From: Chiloscyllium plagiosum
Lineage: Eukaryota
Direction of reading: 5' to 3'
Assembly (NCBI RefSeq): GCF_004010195.1
Contig: NC_057754.1
Location: 8,703,790-8,723,789 of the forward strand
Length of the DNA stretch: 20,000 nt
Part shown: positions 1 to 8,806 of the stretch, in pieces
Layout: each line of letters opens with the position of its first letter
Position numbering within the stretch: position 1 is the first letter of the stretch
Translations under genes and position numbers: made by a program
Notes under the pieces: generated by a model
Database searches by the model: none
The model's input: only the letters and a program-made list of their open reading frames with translations
Told to the model about the DNA's origin: nothing

Positions 1-232
1 ATTGAAATGGAAAATAGCAAATGTAACTCCTTTATTTGAAATGGGAGGGAGACAGAAATCAGTAAGCTATCAGCCTAGCATCTGTCACAGAGAAGATGTT
101 GGCACCTATTGGTAAAGACATTGGAGCAGGACACTCGGAAAAGTTCAAGGAAGTCAGGGAGAATTAATACGGTTTCGTGAAAAAGAAATAACGCTCAACA
201 AATTTATTGGAGCTCTTTGAGGAAGTAACATG
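1..232 (+). mobile_element. CR1-clade LINE ORF2 (RT N-terminal) fragment, decayed
   Basis: From nt 8 translates WKIANVTPLFEMGGRQKSVSYQP; downstream GFVKKK*RSTNLLELFEEVT. Matches CR1 RT motifs WKxANVTPLFKKG..NYRP and HGF..GKSCLTNLLEFFEEVT. Confidence 0.85.
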
Positions 233-239
233 TTATTTA

Positions 240-520
240 TTCCAGAGAGTGCGTGGAGAAAAGGCTATCAGACAAAGGGATTGGATCGCAAGTCAAGCAA
301 GATAGGTGATAACGGGGACTATGAGTTGAAAAATGGACTGACTGTACTGAAAGCAACAGGACGTGGGGTTGTGGGTAGGTAATAAACAAGGAACGGGGTG
401 TTCGTGCTCTGAAATAGTTAAACTTGAGTTGAGTCCCAGGATGGAGAATGAGGTGATATTCCTCCAGCTTGTGTTGACCTTTGTTGGAACACTACACAGT
501 AAAGACAAAGCACTATAGAT
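240..520 (-). mobile_element. Penelope-like element 3' fragment (end of GIY-YIG domain plus tail)
   Basis: Minus strand about 430-490 reads GQHKLEEYHLILHPGTQ, resembling the PLE endonuclease C-terminus (QRKLEEQHLIFRLGTLQP). Confidence 0.6.
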
Positions 521-744
521 ATTAAGGGGAGTGACCTGTAGCAAGTTGCCAGGATCCAGTGGCCTACATTCTATGATTTGTTTAAAAACGAGCTGCAGAC
601 CGAGTGGAATCATTGATTTCAATCTACTACTGCCCCCAAGACCTGCCTCAGCTGCCGCTCCCAAGATGACAGGCGGCCAGTCATTCCCTCGCCGGGTGAC
701 AGCTAGTTACCTGGGTAACCTTGGCCCTACTCTGAGAAAGCTAA

Positions 745-1240
745 AGATCACACAACACCAACTTATAGTCCAACAAGTTTATTTGTAAGTACTAGCTTTC
801 GGAGCACTGCTCCTTCATCAGGTAACTAGTGGGACAGGATCATAAGACACAGTATTTATAGTAAAAAATCAGTGTCAAACAACTGGTGCAATGCATTGAA
901 CAAATCTAGATTGCTGTTAAGCCTTTAATCACTTAGAATGGGGATGCAAGTTTCAATTGATTAATACGTAAATCCCAGAACTTCTTTCAAGTCACAGTCC
1001 TGAGGTTTTATTTAAAAAGTGACATCTCAACCCAAACAATGATTTAAAGGTATGAGGTTAGATTCTGTCTGTTTTCCAATCTTGAATCAGACTGGTTCTA
1101 TTTCCAAAGTAGGAATTTATAAGATTGACTACTATAAGACTGACTGCCTACGGACTGTGCACTTTTTGAACAAAATAGAATTATCTGCAAATACAAATTC
1201 ACCCCATAGACTTACGTGTACCTACACGTGTGTATGTCAG
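745..1240 (-). mobile_element. Penelope pLTR/3' tail copy in inverted orientation at the 5' side of the element
   Basis: Reverse complement aligns by eye with 5080-5548 (e.g. gtaaatcccagaacttctttcaagtcacagtcctgag vs ctcaggactgtgacttgaaagaagttctgggatttac). Contains a hammerhead core at 790-824. Confidence 0.85.
790..824 (-). ncRNA. Minimal type I hammerhead ribozyme motif (PLE family A)
   Basis: Minus strand: tac-CUGAUGA-A-GGAGC-agu-GCUCC-GAAA-GC-UA-gta. Intact core boxes, 5-bp stem II, tac/gta stem I, palindromic AGCU stem III. Confidence 0.8.
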
Positions 1241-1284
1241 TGAGCGCGCATGAACGAAAGAGAGAGCGCGCCCAACAAAGTTGC

Positions 1285-1646
1285 CAATATGCCAACATTT
1301 TCATGCACAAACTAAAACAAGATTTCTTTGCTGCAGAGGACTTCTAGCCAACAGTGTACACTAGATACATTGATGACATTTTCTTCTTCAGGACCCATGG
1401 CAAGGAATCACTGAAACAACTACACTGATATCACTATGTTTCATCCCACCACCAGACTTAATATGGACTACTCTTTAGAGTCAGTCTCATTCTTGGACAC
1501 ACCCATCTCCATCAAGGATGGACACTTCCGTACCTGACTCTACCGCAAACCCAAGGATAACCTCACGATGCTGCACTTCTCTAGCTTCCACCCGAAACAT
1601 ATTAAAACAGCCATCCCCTACAGACAAGCCCCATGCATGAAGATCT
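1285..1646 (+). mobile_element. Penelope-like reverse transcriptase fragment (domains 4-7 and thumb), decayed
   Basis: QYANIFMHKLKQDFF..YTRYIDDIFF (YIDD at 1366-1377)..SVSFLD..LYRKPKDNLTMLHFSSFHPKHIKTAIPY: typical PLE RT/thumb motifs, with stops and a frameshift. Confidence 0.9.
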
Positions 1647-2451
1647 AGACCTATCTACAAATATATTGTACTATGGGCATCCCTGGTAAGCCTTGTACCC
1701 TTTCAGATAGATCACGTAGTAAAAGAGACAAAGGGGGGATGGTATCCTTCACTAACAATTTGTTTCTAGAAACCCATAATAAAATATTTGGAGAGGATGT
1801 AGTAGTTTGTTATGCCCTTACTTCAGCAAGAGACTCCCTGACCCCTTTTATCCTTCCAAGTCCTATCATGGGGGTATAGAATAGTTCTAAAGTATTTACA
1901 GGATTATGGACGTCCTCCAATAAACTCACGCTATCCTATCCAAATTGCTACAATGGTAAGGGATGAGGGTGCAGTTACGTAAAAGTGCCTAAAATTATCC
2001 CCTGTGCTATGATAAAATGTATCAGTCATCATTGAGGGAGTGGACTCCGCCAATAAAGCTATGACTGGCACATCATAATCACCAATGAAACATATCAGTC
2101 TTAAAATTAAGTGGAATCAAACCAGTCTGAAACACAAAAAAAATTATAATGTTATCTTCCTCCATATTAAACTGATTTGAAATCGAATAAGGTTGGCTTT
2201 CATGTAAGGATAAAAGAGATTAATTAGAAACTGACAGTAAGGCAGTCGTGACCTGTAAAAAGATCAGGAGTTAATACTTTATAATCACTGAAGAATCCTT
2301 AACCTTAAAAGAAATCATGTTAAATTTCCAAAATGCAAATCAGATTCAAAGCATTCCCGGATCTCATGCTCCAGGGAACAAAGCACAAACATTCAATCAC
2401 CAACAAACAAACAACCGAATCACAAAGGGTTAAACTTTCTACTAGCTGTAC

Positions 2452-2453
<2 letters not shown>

Positions 2454-2494
<41 letters not shown>

Positions 2495-2505
2495 ACACAC
2501 ACACA
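2454..2505. repeat. (CT)n(CA)n microsatellite
   Basis: Direct reading of the sequence. Confidence 0.95.
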
Positions 2506-2677
2506 GTTTTTAGCTTGGGAGTTAAGTCTCAAAACTCCTGGCTGTGGCACAACATTGCTTAACCAAGTGTGCAAGAATTGTACCACTGGCCAGCCTTATC
2601 TTTTAAAAATCGAGAACAACGGCCACCCTCCATATTTCATAAACAAAGAACAATCACCAAAATGAACAAAAAAGCAA

Positions 2678-2706
2678 CAAGCCAAGCCAAGCCAAGCCAA
2701 GCCAAA
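2678..2706. repeat. (GCCAA)n pentanucleotide repeat, about 5 units
   Basis: caagccaagccaagccaagccaagccaaa. Confidence 0.9.
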
Positions 2707-2717
2707 CAGATACAACA

Positions 2718-2962
2718 GGTTCTGGATCAGTGGTGCTGGAACAGCACAGCAGTTCAGGCAGCATCCGAGGAGCAGTAAAATCGGCGTTTCGGGCGAAAGC
2801 CCTTCATCAGGAATAAAGGTAGAGAGCCTGAAGGGTGGAGAGATAAGCTAGAGGAGGGTGGGGGTGGGGAGAAAGTAGCATAGAGTAGGTGAGTGGGGGA
2901 GGGGATGAAGATGAGGAAATGACCTGGGAGTTGCAGTGGGAGGGGGACTCCCTGAGATTCTG
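2718..2962 (-). mobile_element. PLE family B 3'-tail insertion with hammerhead motif, nested in the retroviral segment
   Basis: Near-identical to 19828-19995. Hammerhead at about 2779-2814 (CUGAUGA-AGGGC-uuuc-GCCC-GAAA-CGCC; cleavage triplet mutated). Possible short TSD tacaaca at 2711-2717 and 2964-2970. Confidence 0.8.
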
Positions 2963-3009
2963 GTACAACACACAACAAAACTAATGAGTAGCCAACCATC
3001 GAACCTTTG

Positions 3010-4608
3010 GCTAGGGAAAAGGGATTATTTTGTGAGAAACTAGTGATTTGTCCTCTGCCTTTTGCTTGTGGAGGAGGGTGACTGTAATCAGGAGGTTTAC
3101 CCCAAGTGTCATAGGAGTTCTGAGGGTAATTCTCATGAAAACTTCCTTGGTTCCCCTGTGTGGCCCTTCGAGGGCAATTAGAGGTCCAATGGAAGGGACT
3201 GCCGGCAGTAAGACAATTTCGAGTCGGGCGATCACGAGCCCAGTGAGATAGGCTGTTACAATTAAAACAGGCCAGGAACGGATACCGAGGGAGGGTCCCT
3301 CTGCCACACCCACGACTGCAGCCTGGAATGGATACAGGGTCACTACTATTAAGCACGGGTAGTTGTTGAGGTGTCTCCTCTTGGACTACAAATTCTGATT
3401 TTACACGGATTGGTGGTCTGTCTTCACTCTGCTGATTCCACAAGGCATTAATAGAACGATGGAGTTGATTAGGGGTGGCTTCAACCCAGTCTAGATTGTT
3501 TGTTTTGACTGCTGTAACTACAGAGGGCAGCAGGCAGTTTAATAGCATTGAATTATACTGAGCATTAATAGCATTTAAATTCCAAACCCGATCGCCGGAA
3601 TAGGACTCATAACATTCTCTAAAACATTCCAAATATTGCTCAGCAGACTCCTTATTTTTAGGGTGAAGCTCAAGGATTCGAGTAAAGTCAATGGGCCTTG
3701 TTAATATAGTAGATGCAACAGCGAGATTATTATCTTGTCGCTGTTGTTCCTGGACTACAGCATTAGCGAAAGCAGTAAAATTATTGTGACCAATACATTC
3801 AGTAAAACAGGCATATTCAGAGCGGGTAAGCACTTACTGCAGAAGGTCTTTTGCATTACCATTATAAACTTTAATTGTGGTGTCTAAAAAAATCAATGAA
3901 CTGCTGGGGAGTCTTGTGGTGGTCCAGTGCATTACTGAGGATGGATATAATTTCATGGGGCTTCCAAGGACAATAAATACTGAGTGGTATTAGGGACAGC
4001 AGCTTCTGGGTTTGGTAGTTCCTTTACAGGGAACATTCCTAATGTGGGTGCTTTGCCTTCCGCATTTTCAGAAGAGGAATTTAAAGGGGTTTCTAATTGC
4101 TGCACGAGTCATTTACTTGAGGATCTGTGCTATTTCAATCTTCGCTGACTGGCAACAGGGTTAGTGAACTGGGGAGGGGGTGGGGGGACAGGAGTTTGCT
4201 TACCAGCCCCTAGTGACTTCTTCTTTTGTTTCTGTTGGTGTTTTGCTTGAGCGCATTCATTTTTGACGTCTTGAATAGATTTCAGACACCATCAGCTGTT
4301 AGTTCAATTCCCAATTTAGTGGCAGTATACTGCCTTGAACATAAAACAGATTCTTTATGAGTTTCACCACAATATAGTCTCCACAGTCTAATTAGTTTCT
4401 GTGTCTTGGAATTCTTCTTCCTTTGCCAAATCAGTTGCTGGGCTGATTTGATCAATTGAATATTTTTAAGGCCACTGAGTGGCCACTGCTCATCACCCAA
4501 TGCTTTAGTTAGGGTGGCAGAAAGTTTTCAGAAGTCTTTGGATTTTTCCAGAAACTTCTCACATATTTTTACTAACGGTGAAGATGGATCTTCCGTCTTA
4601 TCTATGTG
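3010..4608 (-). pseudogene. gag: Endogenous retrovirus gag, decayed (MA, proline-rich region, CA, NC with two zinc knuckles); class I/epsilon-like appearance
   Basis: MA-like ..GDEQWPLSG..KLIRLWRLY (4282-4600); PPPPP near 4170-4190; CA N-terminus YCPWKPHEIISIL..KTPQQFIDF; MHR-like FTRILELHPKNKESAEQYLECFRECYESYSG (about 3595-3687); knuckles CFNCNSLSHWARDR (3228-3269) and CLTAGSPFHWTSNC (3174-3215), each missing one Cys; several stops and frameshifts. Confidence 0.85.
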
Positions 4609-5590
4609 ATGCATGGTATATTGGTGAGACCAAACAGACGCTACAACAGATGAATGGACACTGCACAACAATCGCCAGCCAGGGATGTTCCCTTGAGTCG
4701 TGGAACACTTCTGTGGTCAAGGACATTCAGTCTCGAATCTTCAAGTGACCTTCCTCCAAGGCGGGCTTCAGGATATATAACAATGCAGTCACCAACAGAG
4801 GGGGATAGCCAAGTTTGGTACCTTGGGTTCATATCACAAGTTTGGTACCTTGGGTTCATTTCCTGAAGAAGGGCTAATGCCCGAAACGTCGATTCTCCTG
4901 TTCCCTAGATGCTGCCTGACCTGCTGCGCTTCTCCAGCAACACATTTCCATTTCATATCACACTACAAGTCACCCCACTAGATTATATACTCCCTCTGTC
5001 ACTCACACACCCTCTCTCATATACACATGCTCTCTCTCTCTCTCACAGGCATATACTGTCACACTCACGCACACACATAGACACACATATATGTGTCTAT
5101 GGGGTAAATTTGCATTTGCAGATACATTCTATTTTGTTCAAAAAGCACACAATCTGTAAACAGTCCATGCGACATTTTGTAAATTCCTATTTGGAAATAG
5201 AACCAGTCTGACTCAAGGTTGGAATACAAACCTCACACCTTTAATGCATTGTCTGAGCTGAGATGTCACTCAATGTTATATAAGACCTTAAGTTATCTCA
5301 GGACTGTGACTTGAAAGAAGTTCTGGGATTTACATATTAATCAATCGAAACCTGCATCCCATTCTAAGTGATTAAAGTCTTGAACAACAATCTAGATTTG
5401 GTCAATACCTCGCAGCAGTTGTGTGACACTTGGAATTTTTGCTATAAATCCTGTTTGCTATGATCCTGCCCCACTCGCTACCTGACCATGGAGCAGCGCT
5501 CCCAAAGATAGTGATTCCAAATAAACCTGTTGGACTGGTGTTGTGTGCTGTTGAACACAGTCCAGCCCCAGTCCAACACCTCCATCTCAT
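4609..5590 (+). mobile_element. Penelope-like GIY-YIG endonuclease fragment plus 3' tail/pLTR (family A)
   Basis: AWYIGETKQTLQQ (YIG at 4617-4625)..MNGH..EHFCGQGHS..IAKFGT, followed by a CT/CA-rich tract and the pLTR with a degenerate hammerhead at about 5479-5513 (CUGACCA..GGAGC/GCUCC..CAAAGAUA). Confidence 0.88.
4858..4950 (+). mobile_element. Short PLE family B tail insertion beginning at an intact hammerhead motif
   Basis: ttc-CUGAAGA-AGGGC-uaau-GCCC-GAAA-CGUC-gatt (core 4863-4890), then gatgctgcctgacctgctg tail; TSD ttcatatcaca at 4828-4838 and 4952-4962. Confidence 0.8.
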
Positions 5591-6040
5591 NNNNNNNNNN
5601 NNNNNNNNNNNNNNNNNNNNNNNNNNNNNNNNNNNNNNNNNNNNNNNNNNNNNNNNNNNNNNNNNNNNNNNNNNNNNNNNNNNNNNNNNNNNNNNNNNNN
5701 NNNNNNNNNNNNNNNNNNNNNNNNNNNNNNNNNNNNNNNNNNNNNNNNNNNNNNNNNNNNNNNNNNNNNNNNNNNNNNNNNNNNNNNNNNNNNNNNNNNN
5801 NNNNNNNNNNNNNNNNNNNNNNNNNNNNNNNNNNNNNNNNNNNNNNNNNNNNNNNNNNNNNNNNNNNNNNNNNNNNNNNNNNNNNNNNNNNNNNNNNNNN
5901 NNNNNNNNNNNNNNNNNNNNNNNNNNNNNNNNNNNNNNNNNNNNNNNNNNNNNNNNNNNNNNNNNNNNNNNNNNNNNNNNNNNNNNNNNNNNNNNNNNNN
6001 NNNNNNNNNNNNNNNNNNNNNNNNNNNNNNNNNNNNNNNN
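5591..6040. other. Assembly gap (450 N)
   Basis: Run of N. Confidence 1.
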
Positions 6041-6127
6041 GGAGAAGGAGGCGGGGGACCCGCAGGCTTCACACAGGGACTTTCGGGGGGCCCAGGCATC
6101 CCCCTCGGGAGGTGATAAAACTGCCAT
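6041..6127 (-). CDS. Candidate first coding exon of an unidentified gene (CxxC motif), truncated by the gap
   Basis: ATG at 6127-6125 gives MAVLSPPEGDAWAPRKSLCEACGSPASFS running into the gap, directly downstream of the CpG-island motifs. Confidence 0.35.
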
Positions 6128-6130
6128 CCG

Positions 6131-6157
6131 CCCATTCCCATTCCCATTCCCATTCCC
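6131..6157. repeat. (CCCATT)4 hexanucleotide repeat
   Basis: cccattcccattcccattcccattccc. Confidence 0.9.
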
Positions 6158-6789
6158 AACCTGTCTCGCTATCTCCTCCAGCCGCTCCAACTCGGGTTGC
6201 CTCCACGACTGACACTGAGCATGCGCGGGATGCAGCCCGCGCCTGCGCTCTGTCCTCCCGAGCCCATTGATCGGAATCTGGCGCAGCGCGAGCGTTCCGG
6301 AGCGACGTTCTCGTGGTGATCCCTTCAGCTGGTGACTGACAGTTTAGTGCTTTGGTCCCCCAGTTGATATTGGGACTACAGGCACAATTCACAACTTCGG
6401 TGGAAACCAAAATATGTAGACCCTCCTCACTGTTGCAATTTGTATAGTTCACCCTCCATCACCTTCACCGGCAATTTCAGTTTGGAAAAAGTTACAAAGT
6501 GATACTCCGCTAAGACCAATGCTCATACCACAGTCATTCATAACTTAGCTTAATAATATGAACGTGTGGCGAAGTAAATCAATATCAAAGTTATACAGGT
6601 GATATCAAGCTGAAGTAATATGCCTAACACTGGGGAAAAACACAAATGAAAAGAACAAAACGTTTAAAATAGTTGCAGACTGGATAGTAAATTGATTTTG
6701 CATAAAAAACACTGCTACAATGCACTTTGATACGAAATGAATAAACATCACCAACACCCTTTCACTGACAGTTTGGGTTTCTACAAGTT

Positions 6790-7005
6790 CAGGCGAAAGT
6801 GAGGACTGCAGATGCTGGAGATTAGAGTCGAGAGTGTGGTGCTGGAAAAGCACATAGGTCAGGCTGCATCCAAGGGGCAGGAAAATCAACATTTCAGGCA
6901 AAAAAGCCCTTGACTGCTGATGAAGGGCCTTTGCCCGAAACGTCGATTTTCCTGCTGCTTGGATGCTGCCTGACCTGCTGTGTTTTCCCAGCACCACACT
7001 CTCGA
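6790..7005. mobile_element. Fold-back (head-to-head) PLE family B tail insertion with hammerhead and 12-bp TSD
   Basis: TSD tttctacaagtt at 6778-6789 and 7006-7017; inverted arms about 6828-6911 and 6923-7005; core CUGAUGA-AGGGC-cuuu-GCCC-GAAA-CGUC at 6917-6944 (+). Confidence 0.88.
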
Positions 7006-7089
7006 TTTCTACAAGTTGACTCAGCTCCTGACCTCATTACAGCCTTGGTCCAAACATGACCATAAAATCAATGCTCCAGAAATAAAGTG

Positions 7090-7955
7090 AGAGGAAACTC
7101 CTTGCCCTCAATGTCAAGGCAACATTTGATTGAGTATTTCTTCAAGGAGCCCTCACTTCAAGGATCAATCAGATCCAATAGGAATCATGAGGAAAACATT
7201 CCACTGGTTGAAGTCATATCTAACACAAATTGAGGTGGTTGAGGTGGTCAGAGGTCAGTCATCTCAGTCCTGGGGCAGCATTGCATGAGTTCTTTAGGTT
7301 TAGTATTCCAGGCCCAACCATCTTCAGCCACTTCATCAAATGACCTTCCCTCCATAAGGCCAGGAGTTTAGATGTTCGGTCATAAATGCACAATGTTCAA
7401 CACTATCCACAACTGCTGATACTGATCCTGAAAACAGTCCAGGTGCAGAAATAGCAACACCTGGATAACATCCATGTTTGTGCTGATAAATGTCAAGTAA
7501 CATTTCTGCCATTGAAGTACTGTCAATGACCAATTGCAACACAAGAGAATCTAACCATCTCTTCATGAGATTCAAATTCACTACCATCTTCCACCATTAA
7601 CATCCTGAGAGTTACCATTGACCAGAAACTGAAGTTGACAAGCCATGTAGGTTAGAGCAGTTCAGAGGCTACTGCTGAGTTCAGAGGCTACTACTACTAT
7701 GGTCTCCCAAATTCCTGTCCACGGTCCACAGGCAAAAGTATACTGAATACTATCCACTTGCCTGCATTGAGTGCAGCTCCAAAAACACTGAAGAAGTTCG
7801 ACACTATTTAGGTCAAAACAGTCCACCTGACTGGCACCCATCTAATGCTTTGAATATTCGTTAACTTTACCACTGATACACAGGGGCAGAAATATGCACC
7901 ATTTACAAGATGCACTGCAGCAACTCACCTTGGCTCCTTTGATAACACATTCCAG
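7090..7955 (+). mobile_element. CR1-group LINE ORF2 RT to C-terminal fragment (second LINE family), highly decayed
   Basis: WLKSYLTQIEVVEVVRGQSSQ..GPTIFSHFI(N)DLPS = RT domains 3-4; 3' part (accatttacaagatgcactgcagcaactcacc) is shared with 10075-10375 and 19200-19575. Confidence 0.75.
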
Positions 7956-7959
7956 ACTT

Positions 7960-8060
7960 GGACACAGTACTCCAGAAGAGGCCTAACCAACATTCTGTAC
8001 AACTTCAACATGACTTCCCAACTCCTATGCTCAAATACTGAGCAATAAAAGCAAGCATGC
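7960..8060 (-). mobile_element. CR1 LINE ORF2 C-terminal fragment
   Basis: Minus strand VMLKLYRMLVRPLLEYCV matches the CR1 LYKxLVRPHLEYCV motif. Confidence 0.75.
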
Positions 8061-8269
8061 TTCTTCACCTGAATGATTTGTGTCAATACACTGGGATTGG
8101 ACCGAATGGCCTCTATTTATAACATAATCCAATGTAGTAGAGACAATTTAATGCTCATATCCATGCAGCTGATAGATCAATACTCCAGCTTATGCAAAAC
8201 CCCACAGTAGATTCTGTCTCACTCACCACCGACTCTATTTGCCTCTCTGACCATAAGCTGAGGATTAAC

Positions 8270-8495
8270 CACACCTTGGTTTCCTATATGATCTGGAGCC
8301 AAGCACCTGGCATGTCCTCTGCATCACTGACCTCTGTAATATTGTTTGCATGTATCCTACCTTAGCTCACTGCTGCTGAAAGACTCATCCATGTCTTTGA
8401 TACATCCTGATTTGAATACTTATGCTGTCCTGGCTGGTTCCTCCATTTCAACACTCCACACATTTGCACTCCTCCAAAAGCCTTCTGTCCTGTTA
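8270..8495 (+). mobile_element. L2 LINE ORF2 C-terminal fragment
   Basis: AAERLIHVFDTS*FEY..AVLAG..STLHTFALLQK resembles L2 AETLIHAFVTSRLDYxNALLAGLP..LQLLQN. Confidence 0.65.
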
Positions 8496-8499
8496 GTCA

Positions 8500-8794
8500 A
8501 CATTGTAAATAGTTTAGAATGTGTGCCTCAGTGCTTAATGGGTGAGAGGAAAGAAGTTCATGAAAGATGCATATTCAGCCTAAAACTGGATGTTTAGAGG
8601 CAGTTTGGCCCAGCAGACTAAGGAAACAGCAAAAGCTGAGCAGATGATCTGAACCTGAGAGACAAAGAAGTCTATGAGATCCTTGAACTTGTTGTTAGAA
8701 GTAAAAATGAAGAAGATAGCAATGAGGGAAAGAGCTTCAAAATGAATATATTTGATGGAGATGATAGAAAAACTCGACACACTATTGTTTACAC
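8500..8794 (-). mobile_element. L2-like LINE ORF2 linker fragment
   Basis: ORF track TSNNKFKDLIDFFVSQVQIICSA resembles the L2 pre-RT segment (..CEELMDFFVxKIETIRSA). Confidence 0.5.
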
Positions 8795-8806
8795 ACTGTT
8801 TCAGCA

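Larger units (their letters stand above)
6041..6330. promoter_or_regulatory. CpG island / probable promoter with NRF1-like motifs
   Basis: The most GC- and CpG-rich tract in an otherwise CpG-depleted window; TGAGCATGCGCG (about 6216-6227) and CGCGCCTGCGCT (about 6238-6249) resemble the NRF1 consensus YGCGCAYGCGCR. Confidence 0.65.

Noticed and set aside
1641..1670. Minus-strand NIFVDRSRS as a retroviral RNase H (FVDGS) motif
   Set aside because: Short, preceded by a stop, at the junction and with no other pol motifs nearby; insufficient support.
2754..3833. 359-aa ORF as an intact or domesticated Gag gene
   Set aside because: It starts at a non-ATG codon right after an in-frame stop in mid-capsid, both zinc knuckles have lost a Cys, and the last roughly 70 aa are read-through into a PLE insertion.
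1633..4615. atgcatg at 1633-1639 and 4609-4615 as a TSD of the retroviral segment
   Set aside because: The two copies sit in different PLE domains (thumb vs endonuclease), and PLE-like sequence seems to continue to about 1646, so this is not a duplicated target; at most microhomology.
6131..6157. Telomere-like repeat
   Set aside because: The unit is CCCATT, not vertebrate CCCTAA, and there are only 4 copies.
5402..6270. Long ORFs of 190-262 aa in the track
   Set aside because: Artefacts of translating across 450 N.
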